A stretch of 64,000 bases of DNA from Candidatus Poribacteria bacterium (GTDB lineage Bacteria; Poribacteria; WGA-4E; PCPOR2b). The DNA lies in the NCBI GenBank assembly GCA_965208325.1, contig OZ242326.1, positions 2,496,001 to 2,560,000 of the forward strand. The letters are read 5' to 3'. The notes below the pieces were generated by a model that saw only the letters and a program-made list of their open reading frames with translations, had not been told where the DNA came from and made no database searches. Positions 38,384 to 49,295 of this stretch are shown piece after piece. Each line of letters opens with the position of its first letter. Within the stretch, counting starts at the first letter, position 1. The position numbers were made by a program, and so were the translations under genes.

Positions 38384-38557
38384 AGGTTTGTAAACACCCA
38401 ATCGTCGGAGTCAAATGCGATCCGCGGCGGGTTGGTGGATTTCAACGAAACCGACATCGTCCTCGGAAAGTTTGCTTTCGGCGCCGATGGGGACGTGATT
38501 TGTGACCCGATTGTATTGATTGTGAAAGACGTTAATTTGAGGTCTTCGAGTAGTTGA
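38384..38557 (+). pseudogene. Relic 3' end of a LivJ-like solute-binding protein gene
   Basis: NTQSSESNAIRGGL...DIVLGKFAFGADGDVICDPIVLIVKD aligns with the C-termini of the eight downstream paralogs. Confidence 0.8.
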
Positions 38558-38815
38558 CTATTTATAAACGACTATTCTGTTTTTTTCCTGATTTTTGTTT
38601 GACAACCACTTTAAACTGTGGAAAAATATGATTTGGTTAAATTGTCCATAACGAAACGTCAAAAAGAATTGCGCTGTCCCGCGTTCTTTCTTATGGTAGT
38701 TTTCAGCTTGAACTAAATCCTAATCAATCGATAACGATCGGCCCGGGCGAGGTTTTCTAAATTTTGCCCCGCTTTATTTTTTTTTGAAAACTTTATAAAC
38801 AAAAGGAGATTCAAG

Positions 38816-39979
38816 ATGAATGTTAGTAGATTTACCAAGTTCACGTTTGTATTGGCGATTGTCGCGCTGATTGCAGGACTCTCCGCTTGTGACCAGCTTA
38901 ATCAACTCTTCCCGCCGCCCGAGATGGAGGGGCTTCCTGATGAAATTCTCATTGGCGTGGTTGTAGACGAGACAGGGGCGAACGCTACCGGTTATGGCAT
39001 ACCGATGAAAAAAGGCTTTGAGCTCGCTCGCGACCATATCAACAATTCAGGCATGCTCGGAGATTCACAACTCAAGCTCATCGTTAAGGATGACATGAGT
39101 TCCCGTGAGACTACCGTTGATGTTGTCGATCAATTGATTAATCAATATGGGGTGTCTGTGATTACCGGATTCGCTGTCTCCAGTCAACTCGAACAGGTAA
39201 CTCAAACTGCCCAAGACAGCGGGGTTGTCCTTTTTAGCTCAGTGTCATCTGCCCCGGTATTGGAAGGGCGCGGCAATTTTACCTTCCGCTCAGGACTCAA
39301 CTCAAGTCTGCTTAACCCGCCTCTTGTCCAAGCGACGCACGAGAGATTTGGGTACGAGACGGCAGCTACGATATACCTTGATGGCGATACCTATTCCAGA
39401 TTGAGCGACGAAGCATTCAGAGCTGCGCTCGACATGAACGGTGTCAACGTTGCGACTACAGAGGCTTACCCAGCCGGCGACTATGACGCGGCAGTAACTC
39501 GGATATCGGAATTAAATCCTGATGCCCTCTTTATCTCCACGCTAACAGGGGACATTCCTGAAATTATGAAAAAAGCGCGCGACCTAATGCCTTCGGTATA
39601 CCTAATTGTCCCCGAGCTGACCGATATTGAGGTGGCGGCAGGTGCGGGCGATGCCTCTGAAGGGACGGTTACTTCTATAGGTTGGTTCATCGAAAAGGAC
39701 ACGCCGGGGAATGCAGCCTTCATCCAGAGTTACACCGAGGCGAACAACGGGGAGGAACCGGTCGCTTGGGCGGCGCAATCCTATGCCACGCTGCGTATTC
39801 TCGCCGCGGCAATTGCGAATACACAATCCATTGAGGCAACGGCGATTCAGGGCGCTTTGGCGGACACCATGGATTTCACTACCATTCTAGGAAATTTCTC
39901 CTTTGATGAAGTCGGGGACGCAGTTTACGACCCAATACTGCTTACCGTCCAAAACGGCGAGTTTGTACTTTTTGAGTAA
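38816..39979 (+). CDS. ABC branched-chain amino acid (LivJ-like, Peripla_BP_6) substrate-binding lipoprotein 1
   Basis: Lipobox LSAC; IGVV...GFELA...IN; AAQSYA; C-terminal FSFD.VGDAVYDP. Confidence 0.9.
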   Translation: MNVSRFTKFTFVLAIVALIAGLSACDQLNQLFPPPEMEGLPDEILIGVVVDETGANATGYGIPMKKGFELARDHINNSGMLGDSQLKLIVKDDMSSRETTVDVVDQLINQYGVSVITGFAVSSQLEQVTQTAQDSGVVLFSSVSSAPVLEGRGNFTFRSGLNSSLLNPPLVQATHERFGYETAATIYLDGDTYSRLSDEAFRAALDMNGVNVATTEAYPAGDYDAAVTRISELNPDALFISTLTGDIPEIMKKARDLMPSVYLIVPELTDIEVAAGAGDASEGTVTSIGWFIEKDTPGNAAFIQSYTEANNGEEPVAWAAQSYATLRILAAAIANTQSIEATAIQGALADTMDFTTILGNFSFDEVGDAVYDPILLTVQNGEFVLFE

Positions 39980-40142
39980 TCTTCATCGCCGGATGTGCAC
40001 GATCGGAACCCTGTCATCATTTTTTAGCGTATGACAGGGCTTCGGAAAATTTAATAACCTATTCCAATTATCAATCAACGGGGTTACCAATATAGTCTTG
40101 GTGCTGCCCCGCCTAATCCCTTCAAACCCAAGGAGGTTTTAA

Positions 40143-41303
40143 ATGAACGTTAGAAGATTCACGAAATTCGCATCTATATTGGCGATTGCCGCGCTGATTG
40201 CGGGGCTATCCGCTTGTGACCAGCTTGGGGAACTTCTCATCCCGCCGCCTGATATGGATGGGCTTGGCGAGATTACTATCGGCGTCTCTCTGCAGCTCGA
40301 AGGCGAAGACGCCGCCCGGTACGGTTTACCCATGAAACGCGGTTTTGAGCTCGCGCAAGAAGAGATTAACCAACTCGGCGGCTCGCAAATCACATTCATC
40401 ATTGAAGACGATCAGAGCACTATTGAAGGTGCGACTGCAGCCTTTAACAAGCTGATTCATGAAGATGGTGTTTCCATTATCACCGGTGTCACTTTCTCAA
40501 CTCAGCTGACAGCGTTAATTCCAATAATAGAAGAAAACGAAATTGTATGTTTTAGCTCGCTTGCTTCCGCTGCCGGTCTTAGCGCGCTTAGCGATTTTGT
40601 CTTCCGTACAGGGCTCCCCACAAATGTCCTAAATCCGGAGGGTATTCGGGTAAGTCAGGAGAAACTCGGTTACCAACGGGCGGCGCTGATTTATGATAAG
40701 GACGATGTCTATTCCACGAGTAGCAACGAGGAGGTGAGCAAAGCCCTTACTGCTAGTGGTGTCGATATTGTGATTACAGAGGCCTTCGAAGGCAAGCCTG
40801 CTGATCTTAGGCCACATTTAACTCGGATAATGGAGACAGATCCTCAAGCTATCTTTATCTCCGCCTTATCCGTCCAGATGACTGATATTATGACTCAAGG
40901 GCGTGAGGTCGGTATCCCTGCCTCTGTTCCGTACATTGTTCCCGATCTGACCGGAAACGAAGTACAAATCGCGGGAGAAGCCGCCGAAGGAGCGATTACT
41001 TTTACCAATTGGAGTGCGTCGTCTAACACACCGGGTAATCAAGCCTTCGTCGAGAATTACTTAGCGAAATACGGCATCGAAGCCGATCCCTGGGCGGCAC
41101 AGTCCTACGCTACCCTGTATATACTAGCGGAAGCAATCGGGAATGCACAATCCACCGAGGCAACTGCAGTTCGGGACGCGCTGGCGAATATCATGGATTT
41201 CCCCACCGTTATGGGGAATTTCTCTTTTGATGCAGTCGGAGACGCAGTTTACGACCCGATTGTACTAACCGTTCAAAACGGTGAGCTTGTGGCATTTGAG
41301 TAA
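40143..41303 (+). CDS. LivJ-like substrate-binding lipoprotein 2
   Basis: LSAC lipobox; IEDDQSTIEGA; same fold motifs. Confidence 0.9.
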   Translation: MNVRRFTKFASILAIAALIAGLSACDQLGELLIPPPDMDGLGEITIGVSLQLEGEDAARYGLPMKRGFELAQEEINQLGGSQITFIIEDDQSTIEGATAAFNKLIHEDGVSIITGVTFSTQLTALIPIIEENEIVCFSSLASAAGLSALSDFVFRTGLPTNVLNPEGIRVSQEKLGYQRAALIYDKDDVYSTSSNEEVSKALTASGVDIVITEAFEGKPADLRPHLTRIMETDPQAIFISALSVQMTDIMTQGREVGIPASVPYIVPDLTGNEVQIAGEAAEGAITFTNWSASSNTPGNQAFVENYLAKYGIEADPWAAQSYATLYILAEAIGNAQSTEATAVRDALANIMDFPTVMGNFSFDAVGDAVYDPIVLTVQNGELVAFE

Positions 41304-41409
41304 CCTTCAGCGGTAGATGTACGTAACCGAAGAGCCTGTCATCAGCTAGCGAATGATGGCAGGCTCTTTGAGTTTAATAATGCCTTCAATAAAGACGCGG
41401 GGATTCTGC

Positions 41410-42567
41410 GTGAACGTTGGAAGAATCATATTAATCACGATTGCGTTGCCGATTATCGCACTGATTGTAGGACTTTCCGGCTGTGGGGAATCGCTCGACG
41501 ATTCGCCTCAGACCACAGGCATTGCTGGTGAAATTCGCATTGGCGTCGTCCTTGCCCTGACCGGGCAATTCGCTGACGAGCTTGGGAAACCGATGCAAAA
41601 CGGATTTGAACTTGCTCGCGCGGAGATTAACAGTTCAGGCCAACTCGGTGATGCAAAAATCAGGTTCATTACCGAGGACGATCAGAGCGTGAGCGCCGTT
41701 GAAGCATTTAACAAGTTGATACATGAAGACGGCGTATCCGTTATCACGGGGCTTGCTGTCTCAACCCAAGCCAAGGAAGCGTTTCCTATCACGCAAGAAA
41801 ACCGCGTCGTGGCGTTTAGTCCTGTTTCCACCGCCCCCGGCCTCAGCACGATTGGGGACTATATCTTCCGTGCCTCCCTCACCGTTGATGAGCTAAATTC
41901 CAATGGGGTCAAAATAACTCAGGAAATACTCGGCTATAAAAGAGCGGCAACCATTTATGATGAGACCGATCTCTTCTCTACGAATAGCAATGAAGCGTTC
42001 TTGGATGCGCTTGCGGAACACGGTGTTGAGGTACTTACGACGCAAACCATCCAAACCGGCAATACCGACTTTTCTGTACAATTAACTCTGATTAAGGAAA
42101 CAAATCCTGACGCAATTTTCTGCACAGCCCTACCAAAGGAGATACCCCTGATTCTCACGCAAGGCCGCGATCTCGGTATACCCAACTCGGTTCCTTTCAT
42201 TATACCTCAATTGTCCCAAGCGCTGGTACAAGGCGCGGGGCCTGCCGCGGAGGGTGCGATTTCCCTTATAGCGTGGTCTAGTATCAAACCGACACATGGC
42301 AATGGTGCCTTCGTCCAAAATTATCGGGCGGCATACGGCACGGAACCGAACGCATGGGCAGCACAATCGTATGCAGCGCTTTACATCCTCGCCGCAGCGA
42401 TCGCGGATGCCCAATCCACTGATTCAACTGCGATTCGAGACGCATTGGCAAAAACTATGAATTTCGACACTATTCTAGGCCAATTCTCTTTTGACGCCGT
42501 TGGCGATGCGGTTTACGACCCGCAAGTATTAATTTTCAAAAACGGGGAATTTAAAGCATTCGAGTAG
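41410..42567 (+). CDS. LivJ-like substrate-binding lipoprotein 3
   Basis: GTG start chosen by alignment; LSGC lipobox; DFSVQL. Confidence 0.9.
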   Translation: MNVGRIILITIALPIIALIVGLSGCGESLDDSPQTTGIAGEIRIGVVLALTGQFADELGKPMQNGFELARAEINSSGQLGDAKIRFITEDDQSVSAVEAFNKLIHEDGVSVITGLAVSTQAKEAFPITQENRVVAFSPVSTAPGLSTIGDYIFRASLTVDELNSNGVKITQEILGYKRAATIYDETDLFSTNSNEAFLDALAEHGVEVLTTQTIQTGNTDFSVQLTLIKETNPDAIFCTALPKEIPLILTQGRDLGIPNSVPFIIPQLSQALVQGAGPAAEGAISLIAWSSIKPTHGNGAFVQNYRAAYGTEPNAWAAQSYAALYILAAAIADAQSTDSTAIRDALAKTMNFDTILGQFSFDAVGDAVYDPQVLIFKNGEFKAFE

Positions 42568-42767
42568 GCTCCGATCCAGGAAGAAACCTGGTAGTTGGTG
42601 TGTACAACCTGATTGCGGAATGGATGCAAATTAGATTGGCCGATCGAAAACTGTGAGATTTTTTCAAAACGACACGTGTTATCCAAAAAGAACATCGCTT
42701 TTATTGTGGGTGACTTTAAATTACAGCGTTATCAACTCAATCAGAAACCATAAAAAGGAGATTCAAC

Positions 42768-43949
42768 ATGAGTGCAAGTCCGATTAGATTATTAACATAT
42801 GTATTCGCCTTAGTTTTATTGATGATAGGACTATCCGCCTGTGACCAGCTAGGACAAATTCTAATTCCACCCGAACCGGAAGCGGAAGGGGTTCCCATTG
42901 GCGTGGTCTTGCCGCTCTCAGGTGACTATGCTGCCAATTTCGGTGAACCTATGTTAAACGGCTTTAAATTGGCGGCAAAAGAGTTAAATAATTCACGTGC
43001 AGCCGAAGAACAATTCAGGATTATCCCAAAAGATGATGGTGCTACTGTAGAAGGCGCGGTCACTGCCTTTAACGCACTTATTGAAGAGTATAACGTACCT
43101 GTCATTCTCGGTCCCGGTTTTTCATCACAGTTCGAAGAGACTTCCCTCGTCGCCAATGAACACGGTGTTGTAGGTTTTAGCTCCACCTCCTCAGCCTCTG
43201 GCATTAATGAAGCTGGTGATTTTAACTTCCGCGCCGGGCTAATCACTTTGCGGCTTAACCCTCCCGGGGTCATGATTACGCAGGAAGTGCTAAAGTATGA
43301 GCGGGCGGCAACCATATTTGATGGTGCCGATACCTATTCCACAATAGGGCATGATGATTTGACGGAAGCGCTCAATTCAAACAACGTCAAAATTGTTGCA
43401 ACAGAAGAAATCAACAGCAAAAGCGGGGAAATTGACTTTGCAGACGTATTAGGCCGGTTAATGGAATCTAATCCGCAAGCTATCTTTGCGTCAGTTTTAG
43501 CACGAGAGATGACTCCAATTCTGATTCAAAGCCGCGAACTGGGAATCACTCCTTCGGTGCATCTCATAATTCCTGAATTGTCTAATATTGAGGTGGACGC
43601 CTTGGTTGAGGCAGGTATGGCGGATTCCGCCGAGGGAGTTATCAGCTTTACGGGGTGGGGCAGTCATACGCCGACTCTTGGGAATCAAGAATTCGTACAG
43701 AATTACCGAGCGACTTACGACGCCAATCCCAATCCTTGGGCGGCGCAGTCGTATGCGACGCTCTACATTCTCAATGAGGCGATTACGAAGGCGAATGCGA
43801 CGGATGCAGTATCGATTCGTAACGCATTGGAAGGTATCAGCGATTTTGACACAATTATGGGGACCTTCTCTTTTGACGAGAACGGTGATGCCATTTATGA
43901 TCCCAAGATTCTGATTGTCAGGAACGGCCAATTGGAGGTCTTCGAGTAA
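42768..43949 (+). CDS. LivJ-like substrate-binding lipoprotein 4
   Basis: LSAC lipobox; IGVVLPLSG; VILGP. Confidence 0.9.
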   Translation: MSASPIRLLTYVFALVLLMIGLSACDQLGQILIPPEPEAEGVPIGVVLPLSGDYAANFGEPMLNGFKLAAKELNNSRAAEEQFRIIPKDDGATVEGAVTAFNALIEEYNVPVILGPGFSSQFEETSLVANEHGVVGFSSTSSASGINEAGDFNFRAGLITLRLNPPGVMITQEVLKYERAATIFDGADTYSTIGHDDLTEALNSNNVKIVATEEINSKSGEIDFADVLGRLMESNPQAIFASVLAREMTPILIQSRELGITPSVHLIIPELSNIEVDALVEAGMADSAEGVISFTGWGSHTPTLGNQEFVQNYRATYDANPNPWAAQSYATLYILNEAITKANATDAVSIRNALEGISDFDTIMGTFSFDENGDAIYDPKILIVRNGQLEVFE

Positions 43950-44126
43950 ACCTCGACGACGGACGTGTGCGACTAGCGCTGGCCATTAGTAGGAGAAGGA
44001 TGGCGGGCGCCCCGATTTCAACACCCTATTCTGAATTTTAAAATCTCGATGAATCAGGATTGCGGGACGGGTTTCCTCGAACTGTCCCACGCCTGATTTT
44101 TTAATTTCAAAACAAGGAGGTGCAAC

Positions 44127-45299
44127 ATGAATGTCAGAAGAATAAAAATTTACGCCTATTTACTGTCAACTGTCTTCCTGATGGCGGGACTTTCCGCCTG
44201 CGACCAGCTTCAGCAACTTCTCACCCCTGCACCGCCTCAGATGGAAGAACTTGATGGTGAGATTCCCGTCGGCGTCGTCTTATCAATTACAGGGCGATTC
44301 GCCTCGACGTTTGGCAATCCAAATGAAAAAGGCCTTGAATTAGCGCTCGAAGAGGTTAACAATTCAAAACTCGGAGATAGGAGTATCAAGCTGATTATAG
44401 AGGACGACCAGAGCACTGTAGAAGGCGCCGTTGAAGCATACAATAAGCTGATTGAGCAGGATGGCGTGCCGGTTATCCTCGGACCTGCCACGTCAAGTCA
44501 GGCCAAAGCGGCGTTTCCGATAGCGCAAGAAAACCAGGTCGTAGCTTTTAGCCCCAGCTCCGCCGCGCGGGGTCTGAGCGCGATTGGCGATTTTATCTTT
44601 CGTGCCGCGCTTACCACAGAGGTGCTGATACCGAGCGGCATTGCGGCGACTTCGGCAACACTCGGCTATAAAACAGCGGCAACGTTTTACGATGAAAGCG
44701 ATGTATTCTCCACAGATAGCGATGAGGCGGTGAGGGAAGCACTTGCCGCGAACAGCGTCGAAGTGTTGCTCACAGAGACCTTTCGTGGCGGCGACACCGA
44801 CTTTAGCGAACAATTATCTCGGATAAGGGACGCGAATCCCGACATTATCTTTATCTCCTCGTTATCGCCGGAAAAACCGGGTATCCTGATGCAAGGCCGC
44901 CAACTCGGAATACCCGACTCAGTTCCGTTTGTTGTACGCACCTTGACCACGGCAGACGTTAGCGCGGCGGGTGATGCTGCAGAAGGGGCGATCACCTTTG
45001 TAGGTTGGGCAAGCACGGCAGACACGCCGGGAAATAGTGCCTTCGTCCAGAACTATAGCGCCAAATACGGGGAGGAGCCGAGCAACTACACGGCCCGTTG
45101 GTATGCCGGTCTGCACATTTTGGCGGAAGCCATTGCCAACGCCCAATCCACTGACTCAACCGCAATTAGAGACGGATTGGCAAATATAACAGATTTCGAC
45201 ACTGTTTTCGGTAAATTCTCTTTTGACGCGGTCGGAGATGCCATTTACGACCCGAAGATATTGATTGTGATGAACGGTCAATTGGTAATCTTCGAGTAA
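44127..45299 (+). CDS. LivJ-like substrate-binding lipoprotein 5
   Basis: LSAC lipobox; VILGPATS; GDTDFSEQL. Confidence 0.9.
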   Translation: MNVRRIKIYAYLLSTVFLMAGLSACDQLQQLLTPAPPQMEELDGEIPVGVVLSITGRFASTFGNPNEKGLELALEEVNNSKLGDRSIKLIIEDDQSTVEGAVEAYNKLIEQDGVPVILGPATSSQAKAAFPIAQENQVVAFSPSSAARGLSAIGDFIFRAALTTEVLIPSGIAATSATLGYKTAATFYDESDVFSTDSDEAVREALAANSVEVLLTETFRGGDTDFSEQLSRIRDANPDIIFISSLSPEKPGILMQGRQLGIPDSVPFVVRTLTTADVSAAGDAAEGAITFVGWASTADTPGNSAFVQNYSAKYGEEPSNYTARWYAGLHILAEAIANAQSTDSTAIRDGLANITDFDTVFGKFSFDAVGDAIYDPKILIVMNGQLVIFE

Positions 45300-45371
45300 A
45301 CCTCCAAAACGTAGGAGGAGTAGAGTATATAGAATAATTGGGGTTACAGGAAAAAAGTAAGGAGGATTACA

Positions 45372-46511
45372 TTGAATTTTAGTAGTAGTATCAGATTCCT
45401 GTTTGTCTTGACGATTGTGGGGTTGATGATTTGGTTTTCTGGATGTGATAGTGATATGTCTCAAACGGATGGGCTCAGTGGAGAGATTAACATTGGTCTC
45501 GTCTACCCAGTCACCGGACGGCTGGACACCTTTGCCCTACCGATACAACGCGGCTTTGAGTTGGCTCTTGAGGAAGTAAACAACTCACAACTCGACGATG
45601 TAACGTTTAAGTTCATCGTTGAAGACGACCGAAGCACCGTTGAGGGTGCCGTCGAAGCGTATAATAAACTGATTGGTGCGGATGTCCCTGTTATTTTTGG
45701 GCCCACCACTTCAGGTCAAGCCGAAGCAGCATTTCCAATCGCGCAACAGAATGGGGTTGTGGCTTTTAGTTCATCCTCAAATGCAACAGGCCTTAGCGCG
45801 CTAGGGGATTTTCTGTTCCGCGCCGGACTCACTACAGATATTCTGCTCCCCAGCGGCGTTAAGGCAACGCATGCAAAACTTGGTTATCAGGGGGCAGCAA
45901 TTATATATGATGATATTGATTCCTACTCTATAGATAGCTACGAAAAGTTCAGAGACACGCTTACGGAGATTGGCGTTAAGATTTTGATTACAGAAACTTT
46001 CCAAAGCGGCGACACCGATTTTTCCGCCCAATTGGCTCGGATAAAGGAAGCAAATCCTGAAGCCATCTTTATCGCAGCGCAACAACCGGAGTTAATCGAA
46101 ATTCAGGTTCAAGGACGCCAGCTTGAGATTTCCACCGAAATTCCCTATATTACTAGTCTCATCAGCGATATCAAAAACGCAGGCGAGGCCGCCAAGGGAT
46201 CCATCTCTTTTGCGGGTTGGATTAGCACGGCGGATACACCGGGGAATGCTGCCTTCGTCGAGAATTACCGCGCGGCGTACGGGAGTGAGCCAAACGCTTG
46301 GACCGCGCAGTCGCATGCCGCTGTTCATATTGTTGCGGCGGCGATTGTGGAAGCCCAATCCACCGATCCAACTGCAATCCGGGATGCACTCGCGAACACA
46401 AAAAATTTCGACACGGTTCTAGGGGCATTCTCTTTTAATGATGTTGGGGACGCCGTTTACGACCCAATCGTACAAATTGTCGAAAACGGTGAATTCAAAA
46501 TTTTTGAATAA
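45372..46511 (+). CDS. LivJ-like substrate-binding lipoprotein 6
   Basis: TTG start after GGAGG; FSGC lipobox; GDTDFSAQL. Confidence 0.9.
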   Translation: MNFSSSIRFLFVLTIVGLMIWFSGCDSDMSQTDGLSGEINIGLVYPVTGRLDTFALPIQRGFELALEEVNNSQLDDVTFKFIVEDDRSTVEGAVEAYNKLIGADVPVIFGPTTSGQAEAAFPIAQQNGVVAFSSSSNATGLSALGDFLFRAGLTTDILLPSGVKATHAKLGYQGAAIIYDDIDSYSIDSYEKFRDTLTEIGVKILITETFQSGDTDFSAQLARIKEANPEAIFIAAQQPELIEIQVQGRQLEISTEIPYITSLISDIKNAGEAAKGSISFAGWISTADTPGNAAFVENYRAAYGSEPNAWTAQSHAAVHIVAAAIVEAQSTDPTAIRDALANTKNFDTVLGAFSFNDVGDAVYDPIVQIVENGEFKIFE

Positions 46512-46616
46512 TCTCCTCGACAATCCAAATGACAAAAACCGAGTTTTTGCTGTGGATCGACATTCGTGTCCGTGGAAAAACTCGGTTTTTCTAAGGATGA
46601 AAAGGAATCACAGTAT

Positions 46617-47786
46617 ATGGGTAGCAGAGACGATTTCGGATTTGCGTTAGTCTTGGTGATTGCGGCGCTGACTGCGATTTTTTCCGCTTGTGATCAGATT
46701 CAGCAATTTTTGCTCCCCGGAACAATTCAGATGGACGGACTCGGTGAGGAAATCTCCATCGGTCTTGTCTACCCTATCACCGGGCGGCTTGCGTCCGTTG
46801 GCATGGAAATGGAAAGCGGCTTTGAGCTAGCCCGCGAGGAGATTAATAATTCACTTCTTGGCGATACAAAACTCAGGTATATCACCGAGGACAGCCGAGG
46901 CGATCCGGAGGGCGCTGCCGAAGCCTTCAATAAACTGATTCAGCAAGATGGTGTGTCCGTTATCTTAGGTCCGGGCTCTTCAAGTGCGGCTGAAGCGGCG
47001 TTTCCGATTGCACAACAGTACCGGGTTTTAGCGATAAGCGCCACCGCCGCTGCCCGCGGTCTGAGCGAGATCGGTGATTTTGCCTTTCGCACCATTCTCA
47101 CCACAGACGTATTGATTACCAGCGGCATTGCGGCGACACAAGCAAAACTCGGCTACCAGAAGGCAGCGATCGTATATGATGAAACGGACCTCTTCTCAGC
47201 GGATGGCGCCGAGGTGATGCGGGACACTCTCACTAGAAATGGCGTCGAGATTCTGACCACAGAAACCTTCCAAAGCGGGGATTCCGATTTTTCCGCACAA
47301 TTGAGGCGCATCAAGAACTTTAATCCCGATGTCATTTTTGTGTCCGCGTTGCCGCCGGATAAACCTGAGATTCTGATTCAGGCTGACAAAATCGGCATAC
47401 CCGATTCGGTGACGTTTATCATTAACACGCTGACTATAGCCGATGTGCTAGCTGCGGGTCATTCTGCAGACGGTGCGATAGCTTTTACGAGCTGGGCCGA
47501 TACGGCAGACACTCCGGGAAATGGTGTTTACGTTCAGAAATACAGTGCGAAATACGGCTCCGCACCCAGTATTTGGGCGGCACAGGCGTACGCCACCATT
47601 CACATCTTGGCAAACGCAACCTCAGAAATCCCATCCACCGATTCAACCGCGATTCGTGACGCACTAGCGAATACCACAGATTTAGACACAATTTTAGGTA
47701 AATTTTCTTTTGACGCGGTCGGCGATGCTGTCTATGATCCCGTGGTACTGATTGTCGAAAACGGCGAATTGCGCGTCTTTGAATAA
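46617..47786 (+). CDS. LivJ-like substrate-binding lipoprotein 7
   Basis: FSAC lipobox; EDSRGDP; GDSDFSAQL. Start placed at ATG 46617. Confidence 0.88.
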   Translation: MGSRDDFGFALVLVIAALTAIFSACDQIQQFLLPGTIQMDGLGEEISIGLVYPITGRLASVGMEMESGFELAREEINNSLLGDTKLRYITEDSRGDPEGAAEAFNKLIQQDGVSVILGPGSSSAAEAAFPIAQQYRVLAISATAAARGLSEIGDFAFRTILTTDVLITSGIAATQAKLGYQKAAIVYDETDLFSADGAEVMRDTLTRNGVEILTTETFQSGDSDFSAQLRRIKNFNPDVIFVSALPPDKPEILIQADKIGIPDSVTFIINTLTIADVLAAGHSADGAIAFTSWADTADTPGNGVYVQKYSAKYGSAPSIWAAQAYATIHILANATSEIPSTDSTAIRDALANTTDLDTILGKFSFDAVGDAVYDPVVLIVENGELRVFE

Positions 47787-47881
47787 GTCTCCAAATGTCA
47801 GAAGGATTCGTAGGAACACCCTCTGCCGGTGTTCGACTAGAGGAATAACACGCTCTTTTATAAAAAACAAGGAGGTACAAG

Positions 47882-49054
47882 ATGAAAACCCGAAAATTCG
47901 CCGCATCTGCGTTAATCTTGGTGATTGCTGCACTGATTGCGGGGTTATCTGCCTGTGACCAGATTCAGCAACTTATCCTCCCCGAGACGCCTCAGATGGA
48001 AGAATTTAGCGGAGAGATTTCTATTGGCGCCGTTCATCCTATCACTGGACGACTTGGCTTAGAGAATCCGCCGCTGGGACAGGGATTTGAACTGGCTGTC
48101 ACTGAGATTAATAACTTGCAGCGCAACAACATGAAAATCAAACTTATCGTCGAGGATGACCAGAGCACCGTTGAGGGCGCTGTCGAAGCATTCAATAAAT
48201 TGATTCATCAGGATGGCATTTCTGCCATCCTCGGCCCCGCCACCTCAATGCAGGCGCAAACAGTGTTTCCAATCGCGCAAAAGAATGGAATTGTAGCGAT
48301 AAGCCCCACCTCTGCCGCCCGCGGCCTCAGCGCGATCGGCGACTCCATCTTTCGCATCGCGCTCACCACGGATGTATTGATTCCAAGCGGTGTCAGAATA
48401 ACGCAGGAAAAACTCGGCTACAAAAAAGTAGCAACCATATATGATGAAAGTGATCTCTTCTCCACGGATAGCGAAGCTGTTGTGAAGGAAGCCCTCGCCG
48501 CGAACGGTGTCGAGGTTCTGACTACAGAGACTTTCCAGACCGGCGAGACTGACTTTTCCGCACAATTGACTCGCATCAAGGATTTAAATCCCGATGCCAT
48601 CTTTATCTCGGCGACGGTGATAGAGACCCCAGAGATCCTGATTCAAGGACGCCAACTTGGGATTCCCGCCGATGTTCCGTTCCTTATTATGTTTACGCTT
48701 TCCTCAGGCCAAATTCAACCTGCGGGCGATGCCGCCGAAGGAGCGATCGCGTTTACCACTTGGATCAGCACCGCTGATACACCGGGAAATCGAGATTTCG
48801 TTCAGAATTACCAATCAGCATACGGTATCGAACCGGACGTCTGGGCGGCGCAGGCATATGCCACTGTTTATATCCTCGCTGAAGCAATTGCCGATGCCCA
48901 ATCGGCTGATCCCAACGCAATCCGGGATGCGCTGGCAAACATCTCAGATTTCGACACCATTCTGGGTAAGTTTTCTTTTAACGCGGTTGGCGACGCCGTC
49001 TACGACCCGATTGTATTGATTGTCAAAGATGGCGAATTCGAAGTCTTCGAGTAA
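47882..49054 (+). CDS. LivJ-like substrate-binding lipoprotein 8
   Basis: LSAC lipobox; GETDFSAQL; AGGAGG RBS. Confidence 0.9.
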   Translation: MKTRKFAASALILVIAALIAGLSACDQIQQLILPETPQMEEFSGEISIGAVHPITGRLGLENPPLGQGFELAVTEINNLQRNNMKIKLIVEDDQSTVEGAVEAFNKLIHQDGISAILGPATSMQAQTVFPIAQKNGIVAISPTSAARGLSAIGDSIFRIALTTDVLIPSGVRITQEKLGYKKVATIYDESDLFSTDSEAVVKEALAANGVEVLTTETFQTGETDFSAQLTRIKDLNPDAIFISATVIETPEILIQGRQLGIPADVPFLIMFTLSSGQIQPAGDAAEGAIAFTTWISTADTPGNRDFVQNYQSAYGIEPDVWAAQAYATVYILAEAIADAQSADPNAIRDALANISDFDTILGKFSFNAVGDAVYDPIVLIVKDGEFEVFE

Positions 49055-49085
49055 GCACCCTTTCCGTTATTAAACTTCAAGTGTC

Positions 49086-49228
49086 TGTAGGTTGGGTTAG
49101 CTGGGACTACCCAAACTGTTCACACGAAAATTACCGTTCAGAATGCCGAACCAGGCAATTCGCACAACACGCACATCGCATACAAAATAACCCGCGCATT
49201 TCGTAATCTCCGCTCAACCCAACCTACA
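49086..49228. repeat. REPIN/MITE-like element with inverted GTAGGTTGGGTT arms
   Basis: TGTAGGTTGGGTT at 49086 and AACCCAACCTACA ending at 49228. Confidence 0.8.
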
Positions 49229-49295
49229 AAAACTCTGCGATGGGAACATTTATAGGGACAGACTTTATCCCGTCCTAATTCACTGGAAGGAAGAG

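Noticed and set aside
38816..49054. Diversity-generating retroelement acting on the SBP paralogs
   Set aside because: No reverse transcriptase and no TR/VR pair with adenine-specific differences; divergence is spread along whole genes.
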